From assembly GCA_047495785.1 (NCBI GenBank), contig JBLDXI010000033.1:2873809-2937808 (forward strand): 64,000 nucleotides of DNA, in the 5' to 3' direction. The notes beneath the pieces are model-generated. The model saw nothing but the letters and a program-made list of their open reading frames with translations, was not told the DNA's origin and searched no databases. The position numbers and the translations under genes are program-made. Positions 14,601 to 27,957 of this stretch are shown one piece after another (position 1 is the stretch's first letter; each line of letters begins with the position of its first letter). The stretch is from Lepidodermella squamata (lineage: Eukaryota; Animalia; Gastrotricha).

Positions 14601-17600
14601 CCGAGAAGCGGAAGCGCGAGCCGAGGGTGATGAAGCCGGTGCCAGTCTTGACGGGTTCCGGCTCTTTCAGGCGGAAGAATGTATGATGTTCGACAGCAGT
14701 TCGCCACAGCCTTTTAGCAAGTTTGTGATTGGCGAGTTTAAAACCAATGGTGCTTTCAAACTGCTCAAACTCGGCCGGGCGAATTTTGATGTAAAAGTTG
14801 TTGCGTTTGTAGGAAATTTTCAAAATCTTAGGCCAGGCGAAACGGTTAATGCGCAGTTTGTCACGGTAGATCAGCAGTCCCGAGGCACACACGCCAATAC
14901 GAATAGGAATTCCTTCGGAATCTTTTGCGTCATGAAAATCGACGCCATACATCGCCAGCTTCTTGGCATTTTCCAGAAAGTGGGTATCTGCCTCTGACGG
15001 TGTTTGGCCTTTATGCGTGCGATGTAGCTCGGCAATCTTGTCCAGCAGTTCATTCGTCTGGTTCTGCACGAAGGAGAACGCGCGGATATATTCGCTGGTG
15101 TCCCCGTGTTGCAGTGGGTCGAAATCACCGATTTCCGACTGAACCATGTAAGAACCGAGGAGGGCGTGGGTGACAAATGAACACGGCAGGCGACCACTGA
15201 AAATGTCGTTGCGGATTTGCAGACATAGCATGTAACGTGTAATGTCTTCCTGCAACTGTGATGGCTCTGGCGGGTAAAATTTCACTTCAAACGCGAAAAC
15301 TGGCGGCCTGCGTTTCAGCTGCTGCGTTATTTTCTTCTCAGGGTGCAACCAATAGCGAACGCCATTTTCATCTTTAAAGCTCAAGCCGAAGAAATCTTTC
15401 TCCAATAAATTAAGAAACTGCAACACGCTGTCGAGAAGAACTTGGCCTTTCGCTCGTTTCTACAAGAAAAAATGAAAAATTGTTAAATTTGAGCAACATG
15501 CCATATATCGATAAATGGACATCACCGAGAACAAGCATAGAGAACGTAGTGATCAATATCCTACTTGGAAAATCATACCGAAGTGATAGGGGAAAAGGTG
15601 GAGTCGAGCTATCCACCATAATAATTTTTTAACCCGGGATAGAGCGAGTAACAATGACAAATTGATAGCTAAAAGATGTTTTTTAAATCATGACTGCTGA
15701 GGAAGTGAGCCAACATTACCCAAAATGAGCGCTCTCGCGTCTCAATATTTCATGGGCTAATAATACGCGTCTCTTGTGCGCGTAGATTCTCATTCATAAA
15801 ACAGCAACGCAATAATTATATTACTGTTGCACGCACAAAACGCTGTCAAGGTTATAACCGTGGCGCAAGCAACAAGTTACAACTGGCGAGCGCAGCGATA
15901 ATTATTGATTAAAGCTGGGTCTAGCAGCTAATGCGAGTGAAATGAGCCAAAATTTGCTTATCGGCGATAGTAGAAACGTGTGGCGAGACAATTTTCAACG
16001 TTTCCAATATTTGAAAACCAGTTTCTGCTTGCTGTTTAATAAACGTCATATCGCCGCGCAAGGGAATCACTTATTGTGGCGGCGGGTGAAAATTATTGCC
16101 ATCAATAAAACACAAAAACACACGCACACAACAGCAGGATAACAAACGATAACAGGAAGTCGTCATCGGTCATCGACATAAGATTCGGCAAGAACATGTT
16201 CAATTTTCGATTTATCCCTAAATTGTTGTACGCAATTTTGTAATCATCATCACATTCGCTCGCTGAAAAAGTCATAGCATTTGGCCGACGTGCAATAAAA
16301 AACTACGCCCTTATCTACCCTTGTGACTAATACCACTTGACTCGACATACACAGGCGCAGGCCATAGACTACACTAATAGTTACGCAACCGCGCTTCGTT
16401 TTCAACGAAAATTTCAACAAGTCTCATTTGGCCCCTTTTTGAGAAATCAATTTTTGATATTGGGTGAATGGTTCGTTATAGAGCAAATACTGCCGCTTAC
16501 CGCGGACTAAATTTCGTTAAAAATGCATTATAGAATGATCATGAGAGGGAGAACAAGTAGCATGATAACCGGCGCGCGCATGTAACTTGCTACACCTGGG
16601 CACGCAGCATGTGCATTGATTGGGTCCTTTTTACAAAATCCTTCAGGAAATTTTCAATTGTAAACAAAAAGTGCGCTCAATACACAAGAATATAAGTGGC
16701 TGCGATGCATTTTAGGAAATAACGTAATGGACATATTCCCAACATAGATATTAGATTATCAATGTGTGGCGGAATAGTTGAAGTCGGTAGAATAATTGAA
16801 AAACAATGCCTTAATTACCTAGGACATATAACGTAAGATGGAAACGTATGTCGATGATGTCATGATGTCGATGAGGGTGAGCCAATACCACATGGGGCCA
16901 GTCTACAACCTTTACAGGTGGGTAGCTCCTAAGGAATGGCAGAGACCGGTGGGGAGACCTCGAACTAGGTGGCTAGATTCGGTAGAAAGAAGTCTAAGAA
17001 GAGTGGGTATAATAAGGAAAAAACTGACAGGTCCCGTGGCAGACCTCGTAAAGATGGTTGTAATATAATCAAAATTATCGAAATAACTGTTGACTGGACA
17101 TTGACCGAAACAACTGCACTAGACCGAGACGAATGGCGTAGGAAATAGTCGAGACTTGAGAAGATTTTGAATTTTACAACAAAAGCAAGATACTCTCGGA
17201 CGTGGGGGCAGGTGACAGATTCTTTTGGTTTGCCTTGCCTTCGCCTCCCTCGAAACCCGAAAAAGTATAGACGCTCAGTCGTGGGGAAATAAAACAATAA
17301 AATCTTTTTCATTTTCACAATATAATTAATTTCACCTTAATGTCAATTTTATCGTGGTTTGATTTGTCAACAAGGAGCGCGGCCTCCTCAAAGAGAGCCG
17401 ATTCGCAAACATAACTATTTTCTCTCGCGCCATCTAATTAAGATATGACTTACATTCGGGTGCATGAAATGGAGCACAGACATACGCACAGATATAAACT
17501 TCTCCCGTATGTTCCTCACGGTTGACGAAATATCGGTACCCAAATGAGACAAGTACCGTGAGGTTCAGCGCAACGCAGCAAGTGGGTGCCCGCGTACTCT

Positions 17601-20600
17601 CAGTTGCAGCCTGTTGCGCATGTATTTATTTATTGCTAATTTTTTGGGCGAAAATATAGCAGAAGCAGATGCGGGACATAATTTTTTGAATATCCGTCGT
17701 CGATAATTTTGTCCCATTGCAATATGAGAGGGTGAAACAATTTTGATGAAATAGATAATGGCCCTGATTGAAACACCATTTGATAGCCTTGATTATTCCA
17801 ATAATTTTGCATTTCAGCAATAGCTTATACACACGCTCCACTGTGATGCGCTGAAGACGGCAACCTTTTCGCCATCGCGCGCGCCCCTCGCCTCACCCTC
17901 AAGAGCAATTGAACGACAGAGGTTGATCAAGACGAGCGATGAGTGGCTAAGATTTACTTACAAATGGTCATTTTGCGATTGAATTGTTGAAATCATGCCG
18001 AGTATATGAAGCGCTACCAGCTAAGAAGCAAGAAAAGAGCAACCAACCGAGGGTGCGAGCCTATAAAATGGCCGTGCCGTTCGGTTAATAATGTCGGACG
18101 GCCATAGCGCTTTGCCGAGCCAGCAGCGACGACGACCAACACCATCCCATATAGCAATAGCAATTCATTTTCGTTCTATCCGCGAGATTTCCGATGGTAT
18201 GTGATATTTGTTATGATATCAAGGAAAAAAGAGAAGTAAAGAATAAGACGCGCTTCGGTCATACCAATGAGTGTGCATATTACCGTAAATACCGAATTAC
18301 TAGGCATCACCTAAATTTAAGGCAGGACCGGAATTGAGGGCAGAGATCAGAGGTCAATTGAAATAATATAAGGCAGAACCGAAATATAAGGCACGTGCCT
18401 CTTATTTTCCGGCTTGAGTCAGCTGTGCAAATGGAAGAAGCTTAATCTCGCGCACTTGATAGAGCGTAAGTAGTACTTAATCCACCTGTGAGGAATTTAA
18501 TCCCTTGTTTACACACAGTCGCTAGCAGCAAATGAGGTAAAGAACGCAGGCGCCTCCCAGGTGTCCCAAAGTGACGATGAGGTTGAAATTATAACTGGTG
18601 ATGATAATGAATGAATTTCTCGTGCTCGGTAAAATAAATATAAGGCAGACCCGAAATTAAAGGCAGACCCGTTTTACAAGGCAGGACTTTTGGGGCATCT
18701 GAAATTATTATAAGGCACTCTCTTATAATTCGGTATTTACGGTATGTTACAGTTACAGGTGTTCATATACAATAAAGAGGTGCTAGTGTGTCGCGTCACC
18801 CCAGCTTCGAGATGCCAACGACAAGAAGGCTGAAAAAACCCCATAGGTTTCATCTCCTGAGCATTGCGACTACTCCCGCGGGTCTTCAATTCAAGTTAAT
18901 TTTTTGCCCTTCACATTTAACCCAATTTTAGGAAAAAAATGCTAAAGACTGTCGCATTGGACCCAACAATGCAGTATGTGAGCGAAGCGAGCTTTAGCTA
19001 ACGTTATTTCAGCGAAATTTTAGCTGAAAATAGGCTGATTTTCGGGTTATGATCGTGCGAAACTCCAGCAATTCTTTGAGAAAAGCCAATCGGCAGCCAT
19101 GAACTGCCGAGCCGGTGGCCGGGAAAACCGAGTTTGCGACGCACTGGGCTACTTAGTAAGTGCTAAATGCTAAACCCGTCAGTTTCTACTCCTTCATTCC
19201 TCCAAGCCTGCGCGAACTCAGTACTTACCATATACCGGCAGAGCAGAACCGGAGTAAAGCTTGGAGGACTGAGGGGAGTTAAGGGCAGAGAGGACAGGTC
19301 ATGTAGAATAATAAAGACAGAACTGTATTAATAAGTATTGGCAAGTATGGGTAAGAGGTTGAAGCTTGATAGGGCGCGATTCCTCGAAATTGAGTTCACT
19401 AATCCTCCTAATCCACTTGATCAAGCACTTCACGCATTTGGTCACTGGTAGTGGGCGGTAGCTAGCAGTTATTTGGCGGCTTTAACCGTTGATCTATAGT
19501 GACTCTTGAGATTGACTGATGAGGTTCGAAAAAATAAAGAGCAGAACCGAAATAAAGGGCTGACTCTAAATACAGAGCAGGACTTGGACATAGTTCGAAA
19601 AATATAGGGCAGTGTCTTATAATTCGTAAAATAAGAAACACGGTAAGTTGCTATGTATTAGTTTTAGCGCGTGCGGAGTGAGCACCTTAGAGTAATAAAT
19701 GGTGATTCCGGCACGTAAATCAAGTGCCAATTGCGGATGCCTTCGGGTAGAAGGTGCGCGAAACACACACACGCCCAAGGTAAAACGCAAAAACGAAAAA
19801 AGACCGCGTGGTATTGCGTGTTTCTTCATGAGCTGTAATTTTCAACGGAAGCAAATTACATAGCTTGATGCAGCGTTCTACGGGTTATTCAATGTATAAG
19901 CCATTTTAGTGGACATAATAAAACTCTAGATTTTAATATGTAATGGATATGCTATGGAGAGACATGCTGACAAGCGCAATGTCTCTTTGCACTTGTCTCT
20001 TGTATCTAATTTGTGAATCGGAAAAGAGACTTGAAGACAAGAGACGAGAGCCACGAATTCTTGTCTCTTTAATATGTGAATACTACATGAGAAAAGTGAA
20101 TCTGAGGATTGATAGCCTTGAATGTCTCTTTCGATTTAAAACCTCATGGTCGTCCTATTTATGGTTATTGCTAAACAAATGCGAATTACCTAATTCAATA
20201 TCGCGAGAAGCTGAGGCAAAATCTACGCAGTCCTGCGACAAGTGCGCGAGGCGAGCTGCCTGCATCGCTCGCACGCGCAAGATGAGAAAACGGCAGCACG
20301 GTAATACCATTTTTCCGTCAATTTCAATGATATTGAACTGTGCTTTGGAAGGAAGCTAGCAGAAAGCGAGTCGCATCGGTATATCGAAACATTTTTGGAT
20401 TCTGACCTAGGGCTGAGGAATAACTTGAATATTACTAGAGTGCCTGTTCTTTCAATACTACCGCGTTAAAAAAACCTTGTGGTACCGTTTACTCCTTAAC
20501 GGTAGATGATGTCTTGATAAAATTTGGTTTAGTCGTAGCTAATAGCGAACCTATCGGTACACAAAAAACCGACATCGATGCGATGCACAGTTGCTAAGAA

Positions 20601-23600
20601 AAAGTTTCATAAAATGCACGCGTCTTCATTCCTCAAAGATGTCGATTCCAGTGGTATAAGTCACTACAAGCATCTACCAGCACACACAACAACAACACAC
20701 ACACACAAGCGGACGAATATAGAAAGCATAATCACGCAACGCGTACGCGTCGATCAGTTATTGTCAGCGATCAATGGTAACCTATATAATATAATGCTCG
20801 CTGATACCTATACATGATAACCCTCATAAGCGCCGATACCATTAATGAGACAAGTCACTTGGTTCGGCAGGCTGCATGATAGGTTTATGCATGGAGCGCG
20901 GTCAGCAGCCGACATTGTTCGCGCATGTTTTTCACTTCGAAACAAAACAATGCGCCCGTAAATCAGTGTTTTAACGCCGCGCATAATTCGTATACCATGC
21001 CTGCTAAAAATGTAAAACGAATGGTGCAGTGGCTGCAAATTTAAAATTTACATTTAGTCCGAGAAAAACAGGCCTCGACGTTCGCATGAATCAGCGCGGC
21101 GCAAGGTTCGAATTAGCTAAAATACGTTTACTGCTTGCTCGATTTACGAAATTTCTCTTTAGCTTTTAGTGCAAAACAAGCGATGCTACTCACTGTCAAA
21201 ATAATACATATTTGACTTGTGGCTTCTTATTGCGTATAATAAATGTTGACTTCTGCGCTCGTCTATAATAATGCCGTTATAATAATCGTGGCCGTTTCAA
21301 AATTGGGAGTTGCTAATCTGACTTAGCTACCTCGCACTAAATTAGAACCTGCTTGTATCAGAAGGCGAACTATCAGATACGATGTAGGGGTTTTACAAAG
21401 GTCATTATTAAATGCATTAAAAAGCTTGGGATTAAATAACCATGGAGAAGGTGCATCTTTTCAAAAACGATACGCGCAATCTGATCACTACGTTCTCTGC
21501 AAGAATAAGTAACAAGGCTTACATCAACGTCGAATTTCTGACGGCTGCCGTCGAGCAGCAAGACGTCGCAAATCATTCCACCGTGTGATCGCTGGCTCGA
21601 ATTGTAGTTGTCCATATTCGAAGATTTCTGACCACGTCGACCAGCTTGCTGTTAACGCAAGAAAACAATAGGTATCGGTTAATAATGAGCATTAACGCCG
21701 TTGTTTAGTAATAAACGGCAGCGGTAAAGGAGATAATGATAATAAAAACATGTGATAACAGCGGGAATCTAGAAAAGCGTTGCTGTTTACGGCTTATCCT
21801 CTGTGAGCGCGCGCGATCAGCAACGTAAACACGCCGGTAAACAAGACTAAAAGGCGGCGATGAGCGCAACACTTTCCACGTGTTTCCGATAAGCGCGAGG
21901 GAACAAAAATAAAACAATCAAGTACCGTCGCGTAGGTCATCGCCAAATCGCCACCGCGAAACCGACTGTCAAAAAGTTTATCCGATTCCGAATAATAAAT
22001 GTCGCCGTCATCAAATCTCTGCTTCCAGACAGCAGATTCCGAAGTAGCGAGGCCGAGCGCTGGTTCGAGCGGTGCGTTTTCGCGACGGCTCGGGCCCAGC
22101 GGAACAACTTTTTTAGGGCTGTTCAGATGAGGCGAAGGGGAGTTCGATTGGTGTGAAAACGCTTCCGTAGCTTCGGTATTGGGCGAGCCCGAAATCGGCT
22201 CCGAGACAATAACTGTCGCCACAAGAAGCGCCAGGTCTGCTATTAAATCTAGGCCGGTAGTAGTTCACTTCTACCCAACATACGAAATGTCCTCCAAACA
22301 AGAAATTAATATATAACTACCAAGCTAGCGCGCGAAAGAAGGCAGTTTATGTATGAATGAATAATGACGTGAGACGGCCGGATAGGGGGATTCATGTTAA
22401 ATAATGAAATTTGCCGCGCTATGTGTTGCTACTAATTTGGGCGGCAAAACATCAGCGTTTTCGGCTAAATTGGTGTGTTCATGAAAACGCTCATAAACAA
22501 GGCGGCGATGGGGCGAAAACACGGTGTAAATGACGAAGAAAACTACAGGCAGGATCGATTTGTCTATCGCCGGTCCCGCAGCCGCTAAATGCCTGGCTGT
22601 GCTAGAAACATGGCATAAAATCGACACGAACGTGTCTGCTGCCATCGGCCACACTTAGCTGCCAGCGAACTAATAGTTGAGCAAAAATAATAACGCGCTA
22701 ATAATCGTAACGACAACTGTAGGCGAAAAAGCGAAAAGCTATCGCTCGCCTGAATGACGTTATTAGCGGCAGTAATGATGTTTGCGTCCTAAGCTGACCG
22801 CACGCGGCTATTTAGAAATGTTTTAGCACTCCTAAAAAATTGGCAGCTTCACTGCCGCAAATCGGCGTTTATTCACACCCGATTCTGCCCGCAAAGAAGC
22901 GAGCAGCAATAAACGCACTCGAACAGCGCTGTTCGCAAGGTAGTCCTCGAAAAATAGACAAAATCAATAGGAAGCGAAAAAATTTGTCATAGCTAGCGAT
23001 GAAAAGTAAAACTCACAGTCGCTGCAGATTATGATGATGCTGCCGCTGATACAGCGAAATGGTGACGACGGTGGGTCGTAATAAATTTATACGAAATATC
23101 GGCTACGCGCAGCTTTAATCCAGCTGCAAACGCAATTCTACACACACACGACTTTACAAATATCGAGCAATAAAACAATGTGGATATTAGTTTTTGTCTG
23201 GCCGTACATATGTAAATCCTGTGGCACCTAGTATTGAGGCGGATTCGCAATAAGCGAATATTGCTGCGGCGCGTAGATCAGATACAGTGAGCATTAACAC
23301 ATGTTGGCATTTCGGAAATGCGTGTGCAATAAAACTTATTACAGCAGTAATATTAATATTAGTTAGCAGCAGCGAAACCCGTGTTTTTACATGATCTACG
23401 CTGAGATACTAAAAGCAGCCCAGCGTAATGGCTCGATTCGGTGGGCCAGCTAATTTTTTCCGACTACGAGCGCGTTTTTTCTCGTCGGATCGTGCCGATC
23501 AGGATGATTAAAAAAACGCGAGCATAAAAATTGCTTCAAGAACACCGCTGTATCACTGTGTAATTATTATCATAACCGCTTTCCGTACGTAACAATAACG

Positions 23601-23818
23601 AAACGACAATAAATCAGCAAATCAGACGAGTGCATGCAAAAAATAACAACTCACCCTTCCGTCTTCAGCCGACTGATGGCTTTCATCTGCAGGCATTAAC
23701 TCAGTATCAGCCTATATAAGCAAAGCGACGTGGCAAATAAATAAACAAAATGTATTTGTCCGAATGAAAATGAACAGGCAAACGTTAAAATTACCTGCTG
23801 GGCCATTAAATCAGTCAT
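11696..23818 (-). CDS. EPB41: Protein 4.1/coracle-like FERM protein; exons 23818-23795, 23711-23655, 21648-21523, 15459-14299, 13502-13230, 12148-11696 (possible alternative exons ~22240-21926 and ~14062-13721)
   Basis: FERM motifs ([63 protein letters not shown]), FA region SRFRFSGRT, 4.1 C-terminal domain ([22 protein letters not shown]); all six exons are phase 0 with GT-AG ends. Confidence 0.92.
16780..17150 (+). mobile_element. RTE-like LINE 3' fragment inside a 4.1 intron
   Basis: YLGHI..., [15 protein letters not shown] and ALDRDEWR, typical of the RTE ORF2 C-terminus. Confidence 0.7.
17985..20670. repeat. Dispersed non-coding repeat, copy 1 (inverted homolog at ~53545-56130)
   Basis: Collinear reverse-complement blocks: 18010-18130~56008-56130, 18776-19270~54790-55595, 19760-19915~54070-54710, 20095-20670~53545-53895. 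Confidence 0.85.
18281..18744. mobile_element. MITE with TACCGTAAATACCGAATTA terminal inverted repeats
   Basis: 19-bp perfect TIR; internal subrepeats ATAAGGCAGnACCGAAAT; a related right half lies at ~19530-19645. Confidence 0.85.
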
Positions 23819-26800
23819 TGCTTGAGGAACGGCGGACGCGTTAAAAAATAAACAACTCTAGATGAACACAGATCAATACATGAAATTTGATAGCACAATG
23901 ACGTCGCAGAAAGGTTTCCTGGTCGCGCGATATTTGTTCATAAACAACAAAATGTGTCAAGTTGCTCGCCGGTCAATAAAATTTGCGTTACGTGGCTGAG
24001 GTGTAATACAAAGCCGCCAATGAGTGATCAAAATCTAAATTTTCACGGAGCAAGGGAATGAAAGGAAAACAACAAAATTATAAATTGTTTGCGAAACGAG
24101 CTCGCAACGATTAAAATTAGCCAGCAGAATACGAGGCTGTTCTACGATCAGCGGGACAGGAAGAACGGCCGTACGTGAGCTATGAAAGAGAGGCAGTAAT
24201 AAAAAACAAGCGACATACCGGGCAGGTGAGTGTGATAACGCACATGCAACCAGCTCTTACACTCAACATGAAAAAAGTGAGACATGTCTTGCTGCTAACA
24301 CCGATGAATAAGAGAAGGAAATGGCGTGGATGAAAACAGCGCGTAGTAATAAATGTGTAGAGCTACATACCAAAAAGTAGGCAGTAAAAGGCTAATCTAC
24401 ATTAGTCGCTTTTATTGCAATAAAGTGATTACGCTAGGAAAAAACTAGATAACGGTAACGCGCGCCGTAGAGAAACGTGGAGCCGAACGATAAAATAACT
24501 CATGTCGCACGCGGGAAGTATGCGAAAGCCGAAAAACAAAATAACAACAATAATGTAGTGATAATAGGAGCAGAGAACACCGACGTCAAAGAACTAAAGG
24601 TAATGATACGTAATAAAACGAGCCAAATCGCAATGGCAGCGATGTGTGATATGCTTATGGCCGAGGTTGCAAAGCACATAATAAACATGCGGAACAGCGA
24701 ATGCATACCAGCACTGTATTTGTTCGCTCAAAACTATGTAGAAATGCACAAGTGTGTGTGGCCGCACGTAGCAAAAATTGCCCAGAATGGCAAACGCAGG
24801 ACACGGGAAGGTAGAGGAAATTTATGCTATCGCAGCACGAATGAAGGCAGGAACGGAGTTGCCATCGGCCGCAAACTAAACAATGAGCCGCAAACGCACA
24901 CATATACACACACACTCGCCGTACGTCGCGCTAACTCTAGTTTTCGTCGTCTGCCTAGCTAGATCTCGGGCAATACAAATTCATTCTACGGCAAGTAAGC
25001 CATACTCTTCAGTGCTAATGCGCACGGCCAGTACTACTCGCAGAGCTACTAATATAGCAGAGAGTGTGGCAACAGAATTAGCAGACAACAGAAACAAGGA
25101 CAACAACAACAGCAGTAATAATAATAACACAACGGAGGGCGAGATCTATTATAGCGACCATAAAAGCAGTACCCTCTGTGCCTGCCCCATAAAATTGTCG
25201 ACTGTTTGTCTTGACCGGCTAAGCATTTGCCGCTCATTCAATAGCGTCGTCATCCGTACCAAACAGCATTATTTAATGCGAAAGATGATATATTGTTGTT
25301 GTTGTTATCGTCATCACTATACAACTAGAGCCACCGTTTATGATCTATCGTATCAACACAAGAGATGCTCGTCGGTGGCTATTCTAGGGATAAAAATAAA
25401 AAGAAGTTGGCGCCGTGTATATAACGGCCAGGCACGCCGCCTTCGACTAATTTCAAAGACACGCATACCTGCTGGTATAAGTATATGCAAGTGAAGAAAG
25501 CCGCTTAACAAATCGCGAGTGTCTTCGCAAAGAATGCTCGAGGATTTACGACTGCTGTTGATTATAGAATATCAAGAGCCATGCGCGCCTCGCCAATACA
25601 TATATAAATAATACCAAATTAGAATTGACATGCAGAATGAGGTTTTCAGTGGTGAGAGGATGTCAAGGGAATACGCAATGCGTGATGAATAGCGCATAGA
25701 CATCAAAAATTAATGAATTCTAAAAAATTGCGATATAAAAGAAACATATGACATAACAAAATTGCAATGCGAAAGACAAGTTGGGAATCTAGTTATTTAA
25801 AACCATTTTCTTTCGAAAAAAGCTAGCACTGGCCAAATAAAAGCATAATTAAAATGATTTTCCTCTGGAGTTATTTATTCACTATCAATTGGTTGTCCAA
25901 CTGAGTCTTTCTACAAGACGACCTAACTTGGCAAACAAGTAGCCCAACTTACGCGGAGATCGGGAAGAATCCGGATCTTGCAATGTCGGGCTTCAGAAAT
26001 AATATTTTGATGCAAAAATTGCTCTATTTTCTTTGTTTTTGAAGGAATATGTCGATGACAATGATCGACTCGCCAATACGTAGCGGAAAAAATAGTAAGG
26101 CTTGCATGGACTATCGCATTGCCTTAGTGGCAGTCGGCTAAATCAGGCAACTATTTTCTTGATCGTTATTAAATGGCGAAGACGCGGCGGTTAACACAGC
26201 GCTGGCTTTAGTCCGGTGTGAGGTATGCGCCAAATTTTCCTGACTGGTTGACAATCCTTTGCTTTAGCATTACAATATGTGCATGTTGCACATAACGCCT
26301 ACTCGTGGGATTCAATCTATTAGGGTGCCAATCTATGGAACTTAGGGATATTGAAGATAGCCATGTCAGCAATAGATCACCCTTCTCAAATGGGCGACGC
26401 TATTCTATACTTCTGGTGCAGAGTGCAAATGTGACAACTGTAAACCGGCAGATAATTCAAGTAGCAGCCCATTTAGTAAAAATCTATATAGGGGGTAGGG
26501 TAGGGTACTGACAAGCCGGGCGCCGCGAAAGACTCAACGACATGACCATAAGGTCAGCGTAGTGGCTAGTCCGACAAGCATCCGAGAGAACTGTACTGGA
26601 TGCACAGCTCTTCTGCTGAACGCCCCTAACTGGGCCTGACTGCGGATGACGACAAACGATTTAAATGTTGGTTCCTCCGAGCATTCCGACCATTAGAGGA
26701 GTATGGCCACCCACGTCTACGCCCTTAAGCGGTGGCTGCGGGCGTATCCGTGTCAGAAGCTCGAAATCGAGAGTCGCATCACATCAGACATCAGTCATAA

Positions 26801-27663
26801 ACCTTAGCTAAAGAACATCCAAGAGTGACACCAGTCGATCGCACTTCTAAGGTAAGGTATATAGAAAGTACCTGTCAATATCCAATCAGAGAAGCGAAAT
26901 CTTTTTTAAATCCCGAATTGTGTCCTATCATAGACTTTTGTCTCAACTATGGATTGCAAAAACCTTTCAGTTTCTAGTCATTTGAATGAGATTGGAACGA
27001 AATGAGGTCGATAATTAATGGATAAAATTATAGAATTAATGGATAAAATGTCTGTTTCAAGTCAGTAGAGGTTAAGGGTCAAGTTTTCCTGACCGGCTTA
27101 TTATAGACGTTTGTTAACCTGCTATCCAATATCATCTTAAAATAAATATACCATATCTAATCGCTGTAAAATCTTGTCTCTTAGCTCGAAGAATTTTTTT
27201 TTCAGAAACATGGTGGTAGTGATCAAAAGTTAAATACCAGTCTGCCAGTTAACAGTCGGTTAATCTATCTTACGCATGAAAAAGTTCAGTGTTAACTGTT
27301 AACTGGCAGTTAAAGAGAGCCTAAAGGCTAGAGGCTGTCGTAATTTGAGCAAAATTCGAGTTAAAGATCAGTGATAAAACAGTTATGGACAAGGCGAATG
27401 GTGAATGAGATGGCTCAACATTATACAAGCTCTCTCGGAGGGCGGAGGGGGCCAGAAGTCAGGGTCGGGAGTTGCCAAAAATGAAACCACTCCGGCAAAC
27501 TTGAGCTATGAAATGATGAATAAGCTGTTTTCACGCAAGAAAAAACATATTATAAAAACTTATATAAATGAATAAATTAAATAAAAATGTGTATTTTAAT
27601 ATTTAAAACTAAAAAAATACCGCGTGTCTGCACGCTGCACGTGCCGCTATGGCTCCGACGCGG

Positions 27664-27671
27664 CTCTTTAG
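27664..27671 (+). promoter_or_regulatory. TCT/5'TOP-like start and tiny first non-coding exon of RPL3
   Basis: CTCTTTAG followed by donor GTTAGC; acceptor TTTTATAG ends at 27933, before the ATG exon. Confidence 0.55.
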
Positions 27672-27957
27672 GTTAGCTTGTTTGAAGACAGATTCAGAAT
27701 CTGGCCTCCGTTATCAAAACACCAGGTTCCGAGGCTGAAGGAAAATGTACCATTTTGTGTGATTTAAGCCAGGATTGTGTCCTGATTTCCTCCTGCGACT
27801 TCAAAGATATTTCTGTATTTGCCGACTTGATGAGTTAACTACGAACTCAACTTCTAGAATCCATTTATCTGCTTTCCGAGCTCGTTTCTCGTTTCTTATG
27901 CTTTGGTTTATTTTAAACTGTTTAATTTTATAGGTCCTCACGACGTTATTCTAAATA

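Noticed and set aside
14319-15197. Overlapping and antisense ORFs across the FERM exon
   Set aside because: Shadow frames of a GC-rich coding exon
24477-25494. 161-aa and 203-aa plus-strand ORFs
   Set aside because: Low-complexity, no recognisable domain; probably upstream non-coding sequence of the 4.1 gene
26600-26640. Telomerase RNA template (CCCTAAC)
   Set aside because: Barely more than one repeat, with no U-rich pseudoknot context
27827-27885. C/D snoRNA in RPL3 intron 1
   Set aside because: C box TTGATGA is present, but there is no canonical D box and no rRNA target I can recognise
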